Source: a virus. Taken from it: a stretch of 64,000 nucleotides of DNA. Under the pieces are notes generated by a model. The model was not told the DNA's origin. It worked only from the letters and a program-made list of their open reading frames with translations, and made no database searches. Of this stretch, positions 19,900-30,581 are shown piece by piece. Position 1 is the stretch's first letter; every line of letters starts with the position of its first letter. Location: positions 64,001-128,000 of the IMG/VR virus record IMGVR_UViG_3300034062_004313, one strand, 5' to 3'. The position numbers and the translations under genes are program-made.

Positions 19900-20439
19900 A
19901 TGGAAAAACTTATAGCAACGATATATTGTCTTGATAAAGAAGATACTATAACTTATGGAGAACTTATGAAAGATAAACTTGGAAAAGATATTGTTATTCC
20001 AAAAAGATTAGCAAGTTTAAAACTTCGTAAAAATAAATTAATTCAAGAAGATTATATGCATAAAGATTATATAGCTGGAATTGACCCATACTTAGATGAT
20101 AATAGTGTTCATTTTTATCAAAGGGAAGGAGATATGGATAATCTTCCTGAATCTACTATTACATATTCCAATACATCTCCAGAAGAATTAACAGAAATAT
20201 TTATGAAACAACCTATTCAGTTACAACAATATGTAACTATAGAAGAGGCTATAAAGAAGTTAACAGAAGAATTATCACAGGATGAAGAACATTATATAGC
20301 TTGGAAAGCTGCTATTGCTATGTCTTTTAAAGATGAAGTGTATAGATTAAGACCTGTTACTAATAGATGGAATAGTGACATTGTTCATAAAATTGCTAAT
20401 AAAGCAGCAGATAACTTTTTAAAACAATTAATAGGATGA
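19900..20439 (+). CDS. hypothetical protein
   Basis: 179-aa ORF; YIAWKAAIAMSFKDE...IANKAADNFL motif. Confidence 0.7.
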   Translation: MEKLIATIYCLDKEDTITYGELMKDKLGKDIVIPKRLASLKLRKNKLIQEDYMHKDYIAGIDPYLDDNSVHFYQREGDMDNLPESTITYSNTSPEELTEIFMKQPIQLQQYVTIEEAIKKLTEELSQDEEHYIAWKAAIAMSFKDEVYRLRPVTNRWNSDIVHKIANKAADNFLKQLIG

Positions 20440-20696
20440 ATACCAAAGATTTAATATTATATAATGATAATCTTCTACCTAGTCAAAAAATAGAATTTCT
20501 TATATCTGGTAAAATACCAAAAATGGCAGATTATATGGAAGTAGCAGAAAGGGTTTATTATCATGTAAATCCTGAAACTAAAATGGATGTTCCTAATTCT
20601 GCTTATATTACTACAGAAAAATGGTATCATGAATGGTGTAGAGATACTGAAACTGATTTGGATTTATTTAAATGGATACTTAAAAATAAAAAATAA
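20436..20696 (+). CDS. hypothetical protein
   Basis: 86-aa ORF with ATGA overlap. Confidence 0.6.
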   Translation: MNTKDLILYNDNLLPSQKIEFLISGKIPKMADYMEVAERVYYHVNPETKMDVPNSAYITTEKWYHEWCRDTETDLDLFKWILKNKK

Positions 20697-20699
20697 ACA

Positions 20700-21227
20700 A
20701 TGAAAACAAAAATTTTTGAAGCTTTAGGACAAGCTTCTATGTGTTGGTCTGAAATTCCAAACGGAGTATTTGATTCTTCTAAAGTATTAGAAGTAGGTAA
20801 TGAACTACTAAAAAGTGTTTATACTACAGAAGGAGTACAAGAAATAATAAATGATTTAGATGGTTCTGAAATAGAACTTATTAATGATAAGTGGCATAGT
20901 TTCAAAGAACTTTATGAATTCAGGAAGATGTATAATGCTGCTTTGTTCAATGAATGGGCTAATCATACTTGGGTTAGAAAAATACAAGGGGATACTGTAA
21001 CAGGTATAAAATTTAGTGTCCATAAGTCATGGAAGCATTATGATGGAGAACTTTGTTTTGGTGGAGGATGGTTTATAGTTAGTGCTATGTTACCTACAGG
21101 ATTGATTTCCAATCATTATGAAGCTAAAGATTGGGATATGTTTAAGATTCCTGAAGTTGAGAAAGCTCTTTTCGAGTATGATGGACATACAGGACAAGAT
21201 GTATTGAATCGTTTAAAACAATTATAA
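20700..21227 (+). CDS. WDGH-like domain phage protein
   Basis: HSF.ELY..R...VHKSW.H.DG...GWFIV...LPTG.ISNHY...YDGHT. Confidence 0.7.
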   Translation: MKTKIFEALGQASMCWSEIPNGVFDSSKVLEVGNELLKSVYTTEGVQEIINDLDGSEIELINDKWHSFKELYEFRKMYNAALFNEWANHTWVRKIQGDTVTGIKFSVHKSWKHYDGELCFGGGWFIVSAMLPTGLISNHYEAKDWDMFKIPEVEKALFEYDGHTGQDVLNRLKQL

Positions 21228-21427
21228 TGATAATAACAATAGATAGAAATAATGAAGAAAGGCAATGTCCTATCATAACAATTGATACTAGAAAGTGTTA
21301 TTCCGAATATGCTGTTAGAAATTGTCTTGAATTAGCATTAGAATTAGAGGGTTACTCTGAACAGGATATTGATAGAGTATTTAATTTACAAAGAGATTTA
21401 GTTTGTAAACAAGAAGACTTAACTTAA
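21227..21427 (+). CDS. hypothetical protein
   Basis: 66-aa coupled ORF. Confidence 0.55.
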   Translation: MIITIDRNNEERQCPIITIDTRKCYSEYAVRNCLELALELEGYSEQDIDRVFNLQRDLVCKQEDLT

Positions 21428-21437
21428 AATTATAAAT

Positions 21438-21650
21438 ATGAAAAATAAAGAATTGTACGGATATATTTTTTCCTATAATTGTTTTACAGATAGATGGATG
21501 GCAACAAATAGAGATAATTATTTTAAGCTCTGGAATGAAGGTTTAAAAGAAGAGGTTCTTGAAAGTAGAAGTATAAATTCTCTTCAGGAGTTGATTATTA
21601 AGGGTAAAGGAGATTTAAGAACAATTTTAAAATTAAAGGAGGCTATATGA
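21438..21650 (+). CDS. hypothetical protein
   Basis: 70-aa ORF. Confidence 0.6.
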   Translation: MKNKELYGYIFSYNCFTDRWMATNRDNYFKLWNEGLKEEVLESRSINSLQELIIKGKGDLRTILKLKEAI

Positions 21651-22042
21651 CATATTTTGAAAACTTCTTTAGATTTCCAAGTGTGGAAGCTGATATGGAA
21701 AACGAATGGGTAAAGAAAGCAAGTGCTGAAAGCATGAGTAAAGAACAAGAATTTAATGTAGATTATGTTATTTCCATGACTGAAATTAGTTCAGATAATG
21801 AAGTGATGTCTATATCAGAAGGATGGTATCCTAATGAATATAGCTTTAATGATGTAAAACAAACACATAAATTTCCATGTACAAGGGTGAACTTTTCAAT
21901 TGAAGGAGACTTTCTTGTTAACTGGCCTTTAAAAGAATTTAAAGTTAAGTGGCAAAAATTTCAAGATAGTCTTCCACAATTAGAAGTGATAGAGTTAAAT
22001 GAAGAAGAAGCAAAAGATTTAATTAACAAATACAAAAAATAA
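21647..22042 (+). CDS. hypothetical protein
   Basis: 131-aa coupled ORF. Confidence 0.7.
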   Translation: MTYFENFFRFPSVEADMENEWVKKASAESMSKEQEFNVDYVISMTEISSDNEVMSISEGWYPNEYSFNDVKQTHKFPCTRVNFSIEGDFLVNWPLKEFKVKWQKFQDSLPQLEVIELNEEEAKDLINKYKK

Positions 22043-22314
22043 TGAAAAATCAACTTAATGGAGCTACCATTCAAAAGCAACAACAAGAATATGCTACAAA
22101 GAAAGAGATGTTAGCAGAAGTGGAAAGATATGAACTTGCTGCTAGAAAGTTTAAAGCAGAGTATGAAATGATGGAATATGCTATGAAAGCACATGAACTA
22201 AAGCCTACCTATAGAGAATTTGCACAAAAAATTATGCAAGAAGCTCAGGAAGCAATGGCTAAAATGCAGGAGAATCCAGATATTACTGTTGAGGAGGAAC
22301 AACAAGATGCTTAA
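22042..22314 (+). CDS. coiled-coil hypothetical protein
   Basis: 90-aa helical ORF. Confidence 0.65.
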   Translation: MKNQLNGATIQKQQQEYATKKEMLAEVERYELAARKFKAEYEMMEYAMKAHELKPTYREFAQKIMQEAQEAMAKMQENPDITVEEEQQDA

Positions 22315-22687
22315 AGGAAATGGAAAGATGTATAATGATAAGTATAATGCTCCAGATACATATACAGATATGGATGGGCAAAGTAAAAACTTCACTCACA
22401 TCAATTACAGTAAAAAATCAAAAATGTCTTTCCAAATGAAAGAAGAGCAAGATTTACAAGAGCTTTTAAAAGCAGACAAATTACGTATACAAGAAGAAAT
22501 ATTAAATCTTCCAGCAAGCATGTTTCCTATGGAATTTCAGGACTTTATTATAAGAGATATTCCAAATGAAAAGATTATATGGAATGAATCTATGATAAGA
22601 GATGAAGGTACACCTTTTACAACACTCCTTTCTTTAAAAACACTAACTTCTAATAGGTTAGAACACTATGGTCCAAAAGCATACTAA
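22307..22687 (+). CDS. hypothetical protein
   Basis: ATG at 22307 (MLKGNG) overlapping the previous stop. Confidence 0.65.
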   Translation: MLKGNGKMYNDKYNAPDTYTDMDGQSKNFTHINYSKKSKMSFQMKEEQDLQELLKADKLRIQEEILNLPASMFPMEFQDFIIRDIPNEKIIWNESMIRDEGTPFTTLLSLKTLTSNRLEHYGPKAY

Positions 22688-22734
22688 AAATAATTTTGGA
22701 AATTTAAACTTTTTTCGTTATTTTATATAAAACC

Positions 22735-23121
22735 ATGTACTTAATAATTCAAGAGCAAAAACCACATGTACTCAAAGACAAATATTCTGTCTTAAAGGTT
22801 TATCTATATTTACAAATGCTGAAAAAAGGACATGCTCCTTTGGATAATGATATTGACATACTATGTGAATTATTCTTTGCTGGAGGTTATTGTGGTATAA
22901 AGGAAAAGAAATGGTTTTATAAAACAGTGATAGACAAGAAGTTACGTAATTCTGAACAGAGTATAAGTAATAAACTAACCGAATTCTTTGAAAAGAAGGG
23001 ATATATATTTAGGACTGATAGAAATTGTGTAGAGCTTAATTACGATTTCTTCCCAAAAGAAGGGATAGTAGGAGATGTAGAAGGAATTGGTTTATCTTTA
23101 AAGGTGGCACATGCAAGCTGA
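22735..23121 (+). CDS. hypothetical protein, possibly winged-helix DNA-binding
   Basis: 128-aa ORF after a promoter-like TTTG element. Confidence 0.6.
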   Translation: MYLIIQEQKPHVLKDKYSVLKVYLYLQMLKKGHAPLDNDIDILCELFFAGGYCGIKEKKWFYKTVIDKKLRNSEQSISNKLTEFFEKKGYIFRTDRNCVELNYDFFPKEGIVGDVEGIGLSLKVAHAS

Positions 23122-23515
23122 TATAAAAACAATCTGTAAGAAATTATCAAAAGAAAAGAATATAGATTACAATCTATTAAAGGCTGTGGGTGATACAGTA
23201 TTTAAAGAAACTAAAAAAGTTCTTAATAATCCTCCCAATCTTATTATTAACTTAAAAGGTTTAGGAAGGTGGTATTTAAGAAAGCAACAGATGGAAAGGA
23301 AAATAGAATACCTTGAAGATTACTATAAGTATGAATCTGGTGTTCTACCTGAACCATTGGGTAAGTATTGGGAAAATAAAGAAGTAAAGGAAAAGCTTGA
23401 AGCCTTACTACCTGTTTATGAGAAATATTTAAATAGAAAACAAGAAGTAAGAGATTTAAGAGTGGAACTTGGATTTACAAAAATCATAGAATTAACAGAT
23501 GATGAAGAGGATTAA
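23111..23515 (+). CDS. IHF/HU-like DNA-binding protein
   Basis: I.KKLSKE..I...L...V.D.VF......L.......INLKGLGRW pattern; upstream of terminase. Confidence 0.6.
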   Translation: MQADIKTICKKLSKEKNIDYNLLKAVGDTVFKETKKVLNNPPNLIINLKGLGRWYLRKQQMERKIEYLEDYYKYESGVLPEPLGKYWENKEVKEKLEALLPVYEKYLNRKQEVRDLRVELGFTKIIELTDDEED

Positions 23516-23864
23516 ACACTATATAAAACTGCTTTGTTCAAGAAAGTATTGGACTTGGAGTAATTTTAAAGGAGTTGTACAAGCCTATTTTCGTAAGACT
23601 AAATATGAATATATGGGATATAAAGTTCCGAAGCATATTCATGAACAATATATGTGGAGAGAGATTAAAGCTAAGAAGTGTATAGATAATATAACATGCT
23701 TAAACTGTGATTGTTACATTAAAGAAAGAATCCTTGAAGATAGAGGATGCTCTATAATGGAAGGTAAGGGAAACCTTGTAGGTAAACAAGAACCTTGTTA
23801 TCCAGATTTAATGAAAAGAGAAGTATGGAACAATTATAAAACTAATAATAAAATAAAAATATGA
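23499..23864 (+). CDS. Cys-rich hypothetical protein
   Basis: C....TC..CDC...C...CYP.LM...W motif. Confidence 0.7.
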   Translation: MMKRIKHYIKLLCSRKYWTWSNFKGVVQAYFRKTKYEYMGYKVPKHIHEQYMWREIKAKKCIDNITCLNCDCYIKERILEDRGCSIMEGKGNLVGKQEPCYPDLMKREVWNNYKTNNKIKI

Positions 23865-24154
23865 TATTAAACTTACCAACCAAAATAGATTTTGGTCAAA
23901 TGAAATTTGGTAGCTCTTATAGTAGAGATTACATAATTAAAAACACTACAAATCAAGGGATTAATATTACTGATTTTTCTAAAAGCTGTAGTTGTGTACA
24001 AGCTTCTTTAAAAGTGAGTCACCTATCTCCAAATGAATCCACTACTATAAATGTCACTGTAACTCCGGGTTCTACAGGATTATTCAGTAGAAGTATGGCA
24101 TTTAAAATAAATGGGCAATCATATACAGTAACATTAACAGGACATGCAAGTTAA
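23861..24154 (+). CDS. DUF1573-like Ig-fold protein
   Basis: DFG...IKN....I.I....SCSC......L.P.E...I.VT pattern. Confidence 0.7.
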   Translation: MILNLPTKIDFGQMKFGSSYSRDYIIKNTTNQGINITDFSKSCSCVQASLKVSHLSPNESTTINVTVTPGSTGLFSRSMAFKINGQSYTVTLTGHAS

Positions 24155-24917
24155 ATTTATAGAGAGTACCCATCAATATTTAAGTGATAAAGGAGAGCTT
24201 ACATCTGTTTCAAAATTCGTAAAAGGTTTTGAAGTTGAGAAAGATTGGAAAAAGATTGCTGAAAAGAATGTAAGGAACCTAAAGAAATATAAAGGTATAA
24301 TAAAAACTGTAGACCAAGTTCTTAAAGAATGGGAAAATAAAAGAAATCTTGGAAGTGCTGCTGGTACAATATTACATGAAATAAAAGAGAAGCAAAGAAT
24401 AGAATCATGCTCTAATATTAAACATTCTGGATTTAAAGGAGAAGATGGTGGAAAGGTGAGCTTTGATTTATCTTTATTAGAAGATGGTTATATTTATCCT
24501 GAACTTATGTTATATGATTTTGATTATATGGTTTGTGGTCAAAGTGATGAAGTAGAAATTCTTGATAGAAAGATTAATATCATAGACTATAAATCAGATA
24601 AGAGTATAGATTTTAAAGCCTATCAAACAGAATGGACAGAACCTGAATATCTATTACCACCTTTAAATCACTTACAAAATTGTAATGGTAACCTATATGC
24701 TCTAAAGATGTCCTTATATATGTATATGGCATGGAAACAATGCAGAGGAAAGTTTAAACCCGGCAAGATAATACTCAAATGGTGTCCTATAGAACGTGAT
24801 GAAGATGGTATACCTATATTATATGATGGAATACCAAAAATAATAAAAGAACAGGATATAGAACTTCCATATATGAAACAGGAAGTGTTAAAAATGCTAG
24901 AATGCTACCAAAAATAA
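24144..24917 (+). CDS. PD-(D/E)xK (Cas4-like) nuclease
   Basis: GTILHE...PE...CGQSD...IIDYKS...Y.LKMSLY. Confidence 0.8.
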   Translation: MQVKFIESTHQYLSDKGELTSVSKFVKGFEVEKDWKKIAEKNVRNLKKYKGIIKTVDQVLKEWENKRNLGSAAGTILHEIKEKQRIESCSNIKHSGFKGEDGGKVSFDLSLLEDGYIYPELMLYDFDYMVCGQSDEVEILDRKINIIDYKSDKSIDFKAYQTEWTEPEYLLPPLNHLQNCNGNLYALKMSLYMYMAWKQCRGKFKPGKIILKWCPIERDEDGIPILYDGIPKIIKEQDIELPYMKQEVLKMLECYQK

Positions 24918-25423
24918 TTGATTATGATACGGATACTAAGCAAATACAATTAACCGAAAATGCTTATGTCATTCCTGAATTAAGAAATCTTATAGATAAA
25001 TATCCAGATAATTATGTACCATATGTTACATACGTATATTTAATGTGTGGATATAATAGCCCTTATATTAATTTACCAGATTCTGAAAGACAGGAGCAGG
25101 TAATATTTGATGTTCAAGAATTATTCACAGACTTTGACCCCTTCGAACCATTATTAGAAAAGGCGGTGGAAAAACTGAGTGACTTATATAAAAGTCCAAT
25201 TATGAAATTAGCTGAAGAGCTTGGTAATGAAGTGGATAGATTCAGAAAGATTCTAAAAACTGAAGCTATTGTAACTGGACCAGAAGGTAATTTCAGAGAA
25301 AGAATGGCTCTCTTAGAGAAAATTGATAAGATATCAAGTTCTTATGCAAAGGTAAAAGAACAAGCAAAAAAAGAAATGGATGATGATGGTATACGTGGTG
25401 ACCATGAAATAGGTATGTACTAA
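24902..25423 (+). CDS. putative terminase small subunit
   Basis: helical 173-aa protein directly upstream of TerL; positional inference only. Confidence 0.45.
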   Translation: MLPKIIDYDTDTKQIQLTENAYVIPELRNLIDKYPDNYVPYVTYVYLMCGYNSPYINLPDSERQEQVIFDVQELFTDFDPFEPLLEKAVEKLSDLYKSPIMKLAEELGNEVDRFRKILKTEAIVTGPEGNFRERMALLEKIDKISSSYAKVKEQAKKEMDDDGIRGDHEIGMY

Positions 25424-27723
25424 TGTTTTTTAAATTCCCCTTAAAAATACCAAGATGGAAATCTTCTACTAATGAGTGGGATTACCAAATTTTTGATAAT
25501 AAACAATCCTTTATAGATTATATGTGGAAGCAATTTAAACTTCCCGGAGAATATAATTTAAGAGAAGATATTAACTTAAAGATACAAGAAGAGGGTATTA
25601 AATATACCAAAACTGCTAATCCAGAAACATTTCAAGGTGGTCGTTACCACAATTATGTCAAGGGTAGCATACATTATAAGAATTGGCACACTGCTCAAAA
25701 AGAGAAGGTTTTATGTGGAGTGATATATGATGACTTTTATATCCCCCCTTATTATCATTGGTATCTAAACTTTTGCCCATTCTTTGATGACATAAAAATG
25801 TTATATAGATTTGGAGATGTGTGGGATACAGATTTATGGTATTTCCACTATCTCACTTTATGTCTATTACTAGGTAAGAATGTTTATGGTGTTAAGGGTA
25901 GACAGAAAGGATTTTCCTTGAAACATATGGCATTTCTATATTGGGGATATTGTTGGTTTGGAGGTGGTGTATATACTGTAGGAGCATATGATGAGAGTCT
26001 TGTTGATAAATCTTGGATATTCTTAGAGAGATATAGAAATCACATAAATAAATACACTCCTTGGAAAAGAGGACCAATTAAACCTAAATCCTTAGAATGG
26101 GAAGAACTTATTGAAACCAAGAAGGGTGGAACAGTTGGAGGTGGAGCAAAACTCTCTGGAGTTACATTCAAACAAAGTCCTACAAAAGATGTAGGGGGTG
26201 TTCAAACAATATTCAATTATGAAGAACCCGGAGTTAGCCCTACAATAACCCAAACATACTCTTTTATAAAACCTGCTATGAAAAAGGGGTCTGTAAAGAC
26301 TGGTATATTTGTAGCATGTGGTTCTGTAGGTAATCTTGAACAAGCAGAAGGATTAAGACAGATGGTATATAATCCTGCTTCTTATGATGGTCTTCCTGTT
26401 AAAAATATATGGGATGAAGATGCTGGACCAGATGACACTTGTGCCATATTTATATCAGAAGCATATTCTATGCTTGGTGAAGATTATCACTTTGATGATT
26501 ATGGTAAAGTGGTTGGTGGTTCTGGTAGACCATTCATTGATAATGCTGGTAATTCAGATATTAAATTATCATTAGAATGGATTGCTGAAAATGATAAACT
26601 TCTTCAAGTCTCTAAAAAGAGTGAAGAAGAAAAGCAAATTGATAGGTCTCAGAAATGTACAAGCTTAAAGCAAGCATTTGCTGAAAGAAAAATATCCTAC
26701 TTTCCTGTTGCCAAATTAAAAAGGAGACAAGAACAATTAAAAATATTAGAGAGTGAAGGAAAGTTAAAGCATCGTAAAGGGTTATTATATATTGATAATG
26801 ACGGTGTTATAAAACTTGATGAAAAGGATAAAGGAGAAGAACATGGTTATCCTATTAATCCAGCTTGGGAAGATAAAAGAGGATGTGTTACAATAATTCA
26901 TGATTGTGAACCAAATCCTGCTAAATATAGATATTTTGTTGGAGTGGATACAGTGGAAGCAGATGAAACAACTACATCTGATTCTATACAAACAGTTGAT
27001 GTATTTGAAGGACAAACCACTGTTAAGGATGAACATGGTAGAATATTAAGAATAGAAGGTGATAGACTTGTTGCTACTTATAGAGGTAGATTTAATCCTG
27101 TAGATGGTGGAAATGAACAAGCATGGCTCTTAATAAAAAAGTATAATGGTTACTGCTATCAAGAAAGGAGTAAGCCAAACTTTCAATCTTACATGAAGAG
27201 AAATGGTTGGGCTGAACAATATTTAGCTAAGGAATCAGAAGTGCAAATATTCAAAGATGTAAACTTCTATAAAGAAAAGCCTGATAGTGGATTATATGGA
27301 TTTACTATCACTTTAAATAATCAAATATGGGAAACCTTTAAGAAGATAGGAAGTGAATATCTTCATTCTGAATATGATAGGCAAACTATAACAACTGAAG
27401 AAGGGGATGAGAAATCAATAAAAATATATACAGGTATAGATAGAATTGAAGACTATTGGTTATTGGAAGAATTTATTCAATATGCAGAAGATAAATCTGG
27501 AAGACCTAAAAAGAATACAGATAGGTTAATTTCATTCTTTGCAGCTTTGATACTTTCGAAGGTGTTCCAAAATAGTCACAACTCTATAAGAATAGAACAT
27601 AGTCAAAAAGATGTACCTAAAAAGGTATATTCTCCGAAACCTGTAAATATGCTTGGTGGTGTGAGTAAAAAAACGTATAATAATACTAAAGGGGTCAGAA
27701 AAAGACCTATATCAATGATATAA
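25423..27723 (+). CDS. terL: terminase large subunit
   Basis: KGRQKGFS Walker A, YEEPG Walker B, GVD nuclease motif, C-terminal DRL; followed by portal. Confidence 0.9.
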   Translation: MFFKFPLKIPRWKSSTNEWDYQIFDNKQSFIDYMWKQFKLPGEYNLREDINLKIQEEGIKYTKTANPETFQGGRYHNYVKGSIHYKNWHTAQKEKVLCGVIYDDFYIPPYYHWYLNFCPFFDDIKMLYRFGDVWDTDLWYFHYLTLCLLLGKNVYGVKGRQKGFSLKHMAFLYWGYCWFGGGVYTVGAYDESLVDKSWIFLERYRNHINKYTPWKRGPIKPKSLEWEELIETKKGGTVGGGAKLSGVTFKQSPTKDVGGVQTIFNYEEPGVSPTITQTYSFIKPAMKKGSVKTGIFVACGSVGNLEQAEGLRQMVYNPASYDGLPVKNIWDEDAGPDDTCAIFISEAYSMLGEDYHFDDYGKVVGGSGRPFIDNAGNSDIKLSLEWIAENDKLLQVSKKSEEEKQIDRSQKCTSLKQAFAERKISYFPVAKLKRRQEQLKILESEGKLKHRKGLLYIDNDGVIKLDEKDKGEEHGYPINPAWEDKRGCVTIIHDCEPNPAKYRYFVGVDTVEADETTTSDSIQTVDVFEGQTTVKDEHGRILRIEGDRLVATYRGRFNPVDGGNEQAWLLIKKYNGYCYQERSKPNFQSYMKRNGWAEQYLAKESEVQIFKDVNFYKEKPDSGLYGFTITLNNQIWETFKKIGSEYLHSEYDRQTITTEEGDEKSIKIYTGIDRIEDYWLLEEFIQYAEDKSGRPKKNTDRLISFFAALILSKVFQNSHNSIRIEHSQKDVPKKVYSPKPVNMLGGVSKKTYNNTKGVRKRPISMI

Positions 27724-30500
27724 TGGCGCAAACTAAAATGATATGGAGCAGTGATTTGTATAAAGGATTTAAAACAAATTCTGCCCAACAACTAAAAATA
27801 GACGACCTTCTTCCTTTTAATTTCTTAGTGGAAAAAGAAAAAGGACCGGATTGGATAAGAGCTGTAGCAGATTTCTATGAAACTGCTGGATGGGTTAATG
27901 TAGAAAAGAAAGCTTACGGTATTCAAAGAAATTTTGATTTACGTTATTCAAAGCTGAATCCATCCGATTATATTGTTGGGCCATCTCACTATGATTATTA
28001 CTTAGCTGCTGGACTTGATGTTGCTATTGGAGAAACTTCTCCTATACAACAATTCTATCCATTAGTAGATAATATTGTAGACTTACTAAGAGGAGAATAT
28101 GTTAAGAGAGATAATAGTATGTTAATTGAAGTGATAGACCCATATTCTCAAAATGAACTATTTGAAAAGAAAGAGAAAGAATTTGAAGGAGTGATGATGA
28201 GTTATTTAGAAAAACAGATACAACTCAATCTTCAAAAATCAGGACTTGCTCCATCTCAAGACCAAAACTTAAATCAACAATACGAACAGAGTTATCAAGA
28301 TGCTATGAGACAACTTACAGAAGTTGAAATGGCATCTAAAAAATATAGAACCACAGGACAAAAGTGGGCTGAAAAGGTTTTAAAGGTACATGACCAAAGA
28401 TATAATTTACACGAATTAGAACCAGATGGTTTTGAAAGCTCTCTAATATCAGATAGATGTTTTTATCATATTGACTTATTAGAAGATGATTTTAAATTAG
28501 AACTTATAAATGTTAAGTGGTGTGATTATCACAAGGGACCAAATGTTAAATATGTTTCAGAAGGAGACTACTTTCTTTGGTTTGAATTTATGAGCAGTGG
28601 CCAAATTATAGATAAGTTTGGTACAAGAATGGAAGAAAAGGATATAGATAAGCTAAAAGAAGTTTATTTAAAAACCTCAAATCTTGTTGTACCCGATGGT
28701 CAAAGAGCTATACAAGGTGCTTATTATGACCATAGTAAACCTTGGAGTGAAGCTACAGATTTGAATCCTAATATGAACAATGCTTTATTAGGTAAAGAAC
28801 TTGCTTACTCCTACATGCGTTCTCCAAACTTTGACCACAATGAAGATGTGGATATACTAAATCCTGTTTGGGGAAGAAGAGTGACAGGTAAGCCACAAAT
28901 GTTTAGAGTGATGAGACTCTATTGGAAGAGTATGAGAAAGATTGGTTGGCTTACTAAAATAGATAGGTCAGGAGTTATGTCATATAATGATTGGGTAGAT
29001 GAACATTTTGTAGTGACAGAAGAACCTAAATATGACCACACTTTAATAAAAGAAAAGAAGAAGGATAATTTATTATATGGAGAACATATTGATTGGACAT
29101 GGGTTCCTCAATGGAGACATGTGATTAAAATTTCTCCAAATCAAAAGCATACATTCTGGATGAATTGGAATGAAACATTTGAAACCATATATATTGATGG
29201 AGCACCTGTTAAGTTTCAATTTAAAGGAGATAAAAGTCCATATGGATGTTTACCACCTGTTGAAGGTGCTGAATTTAGCTGGATGAATACTGGACCAGTT
29301 TCTTTAGTAGATAGACTTAAACCAAAGCAAATACTTTATAATATTTGCATGAATAAAGTACCTAAAAAGATATTGGAAGATTTTGGATTAAAACTCGGTG
29401 TACATAATTCTCTTGTTACAAATGGTTCTACATCTGTTCAATCTGAAGTTGACCCACTTATGGAATTTGAAGAAAGACTTAGAGAATCTCCAATATTTAA
29501 TTATAGTACAGATATGGATACATTGAGAGCTATAGGACAACCTCCTAGACCTGAATTGTATAACATGTCCACTGTACAAGATGCTCAAGCATATTTACAA
29601 TTGGCAACATTTGTTAAAGAGAGTGCTGGTGAAGATGTTGGTATAACAAGACAACGTACAGCTAAGATGCAAGCTTCTGAAACTGCTACAGGAATACAAC
29701 AAGCAATAAATTATTCTGAAACTCAAACAGAGAAATATTTTGAGAATTACAGTAATTTAATGACAAGAGTGAGACAGCGTATGTTAGATGCTGCTCAATT
29801 TTATAGCACATTTGTTCCTTCTTCAAGAGATATATATCTTAATGAATATGAAGAGAATGTATTTCTTGAAATGGATGGGATGCAAAATCTGCTTCCACAA
29901 TATTTAATAAAGGTGACTTCCAGACCAAATGTTAAGGAAGCCTTGAAACAAATTAAACAATTCCTATTCGAAGAAAATACTCTTCCTATAAAACCTTCTG
30001 ATAAGATACAAGCTTTCTTTAATAATAGTCAGGCAAGAATAATAGAACTTTTCAAAGAAGGTGAAGCAGAACAAGTTCTTAGAGAAGATAAACAAAGAGA
30101 ATTTGAACAATCTATGCAACAAGAAAAACTTGCTCAACAAGAAAGATTAGAACAAGATAAGAGAGAAAGAGAAGATAATAATAAAGAACTTGATAGAGAG
30201 AGCAATGAATATATTGCTTCTATAAGAGCATTGGGTGGAGTTCAAACTGATGCTAATGTAGACGGTACATTAGATGCTGCTCAAAATATGCAAATATTAA
30301 TGAAGCAAAAAGAGATGCAAAATAAAGCAATGCAACTTATAGATGAAAGACAATCCAAACGTCAAGAAGCTATAGAGACTAATCTACTTGAAAGAGAGAA
30401 GATTGCTGGTAAACTTGAAGAGACAAGAATGAAAACTGAAGCTCAGAAGTTTGTTGCAAAAGAAAACAAACAAAAGCATGAAGTAAAGAAAAGGAAATAG
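27723..30500 (+). CDS. portal protein
   Basis: 925 aa; LRGEY.KR, GITRQR, ETATG..QA...S..QTE motifs; coiled-coil C-terminus; synteny. Confidence 0.85.
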   Translation: MAQTKMIWSSDLYKGFKTNSAQQLKIDDLLPFNFLVEKEKGPDWIRAVADFYETAGWVNVEKKAYGIQRNFDLRYSKLNPSDYIVGPSHYDYYLAAGLDVAIGETSPIQQFYPLVDNIVDLLRGEYVKRDNSMLIEVIDPYSQNELFEKKEKEFEGVMMSYLEKQIQLNLQKSGLAPSQDQNLNQQYEQSYQDAMRQLTEVEMASKKYRTTGQKWAEKVLKVHDQRYNLHELEPDGFESSLISDRCFYHIDLLEDDFKLELINVKWCDYHKGPNVKYVSEGDYFLWFEFMSSGQIIDKFGTRMEEKDIDKLKEVYLKTSNLVVPDGQRAIQGAYYDHSKPWSEATDLNPNMNNALLGKELAYSYMRSPNFDHNEDVDILNPVWGRRVTGKPQMFRVMRLYWKSMRKIGWLTKIDRSGVMSYNDWVDEHFVVTEEPKYDHTLIKEKKKDNLLYGEHIDWTWVPQWRHVIKISPNQKHTFWMNWNETFETIYIDGAPVKFQFKGDKSPYGCLPPVEGAEFSWMNTGPVSLVDRLKPKQILYNICMNKVPKKILEDFGLKLGVHNSLVTNGSTSVQSEVDPLMEFEERLRESPIFNYSTDMDTLRAIGQPPRPELYNMSTVQDAQAYLQLATFVKESAGEDVGITRQRTAKMQASETATGIQQAINYSETQTEKYFENYSNLMTRVRQRMLDAAQFYSTFVPSSRDIYLNEYEENVFLEMDGMQNLLPQYLIKVTSRPNVKEALKQIKQFLFEENTLPIKPSDKIQAFFNNSQARIIELFKEGEAEQVLREDKQREFEQSMQQEKLAQQERLEQDKREREDNNKELDRESNEYIASIRALGGVQTDANVDGTLDAAQNMQILMKQKEMQNKAMQLIDERQSKRQEAIETNLLEREKIAGKLEETRMKTEAQKFVAKENKQKHEVKKRK

Positions 30501-30581
30501 TTATATTATCAAATTGAAATTTAACAATTTGGAAAAATAATTTAAAAAGTGTATTATATATTATAAAACAAAACCAATATT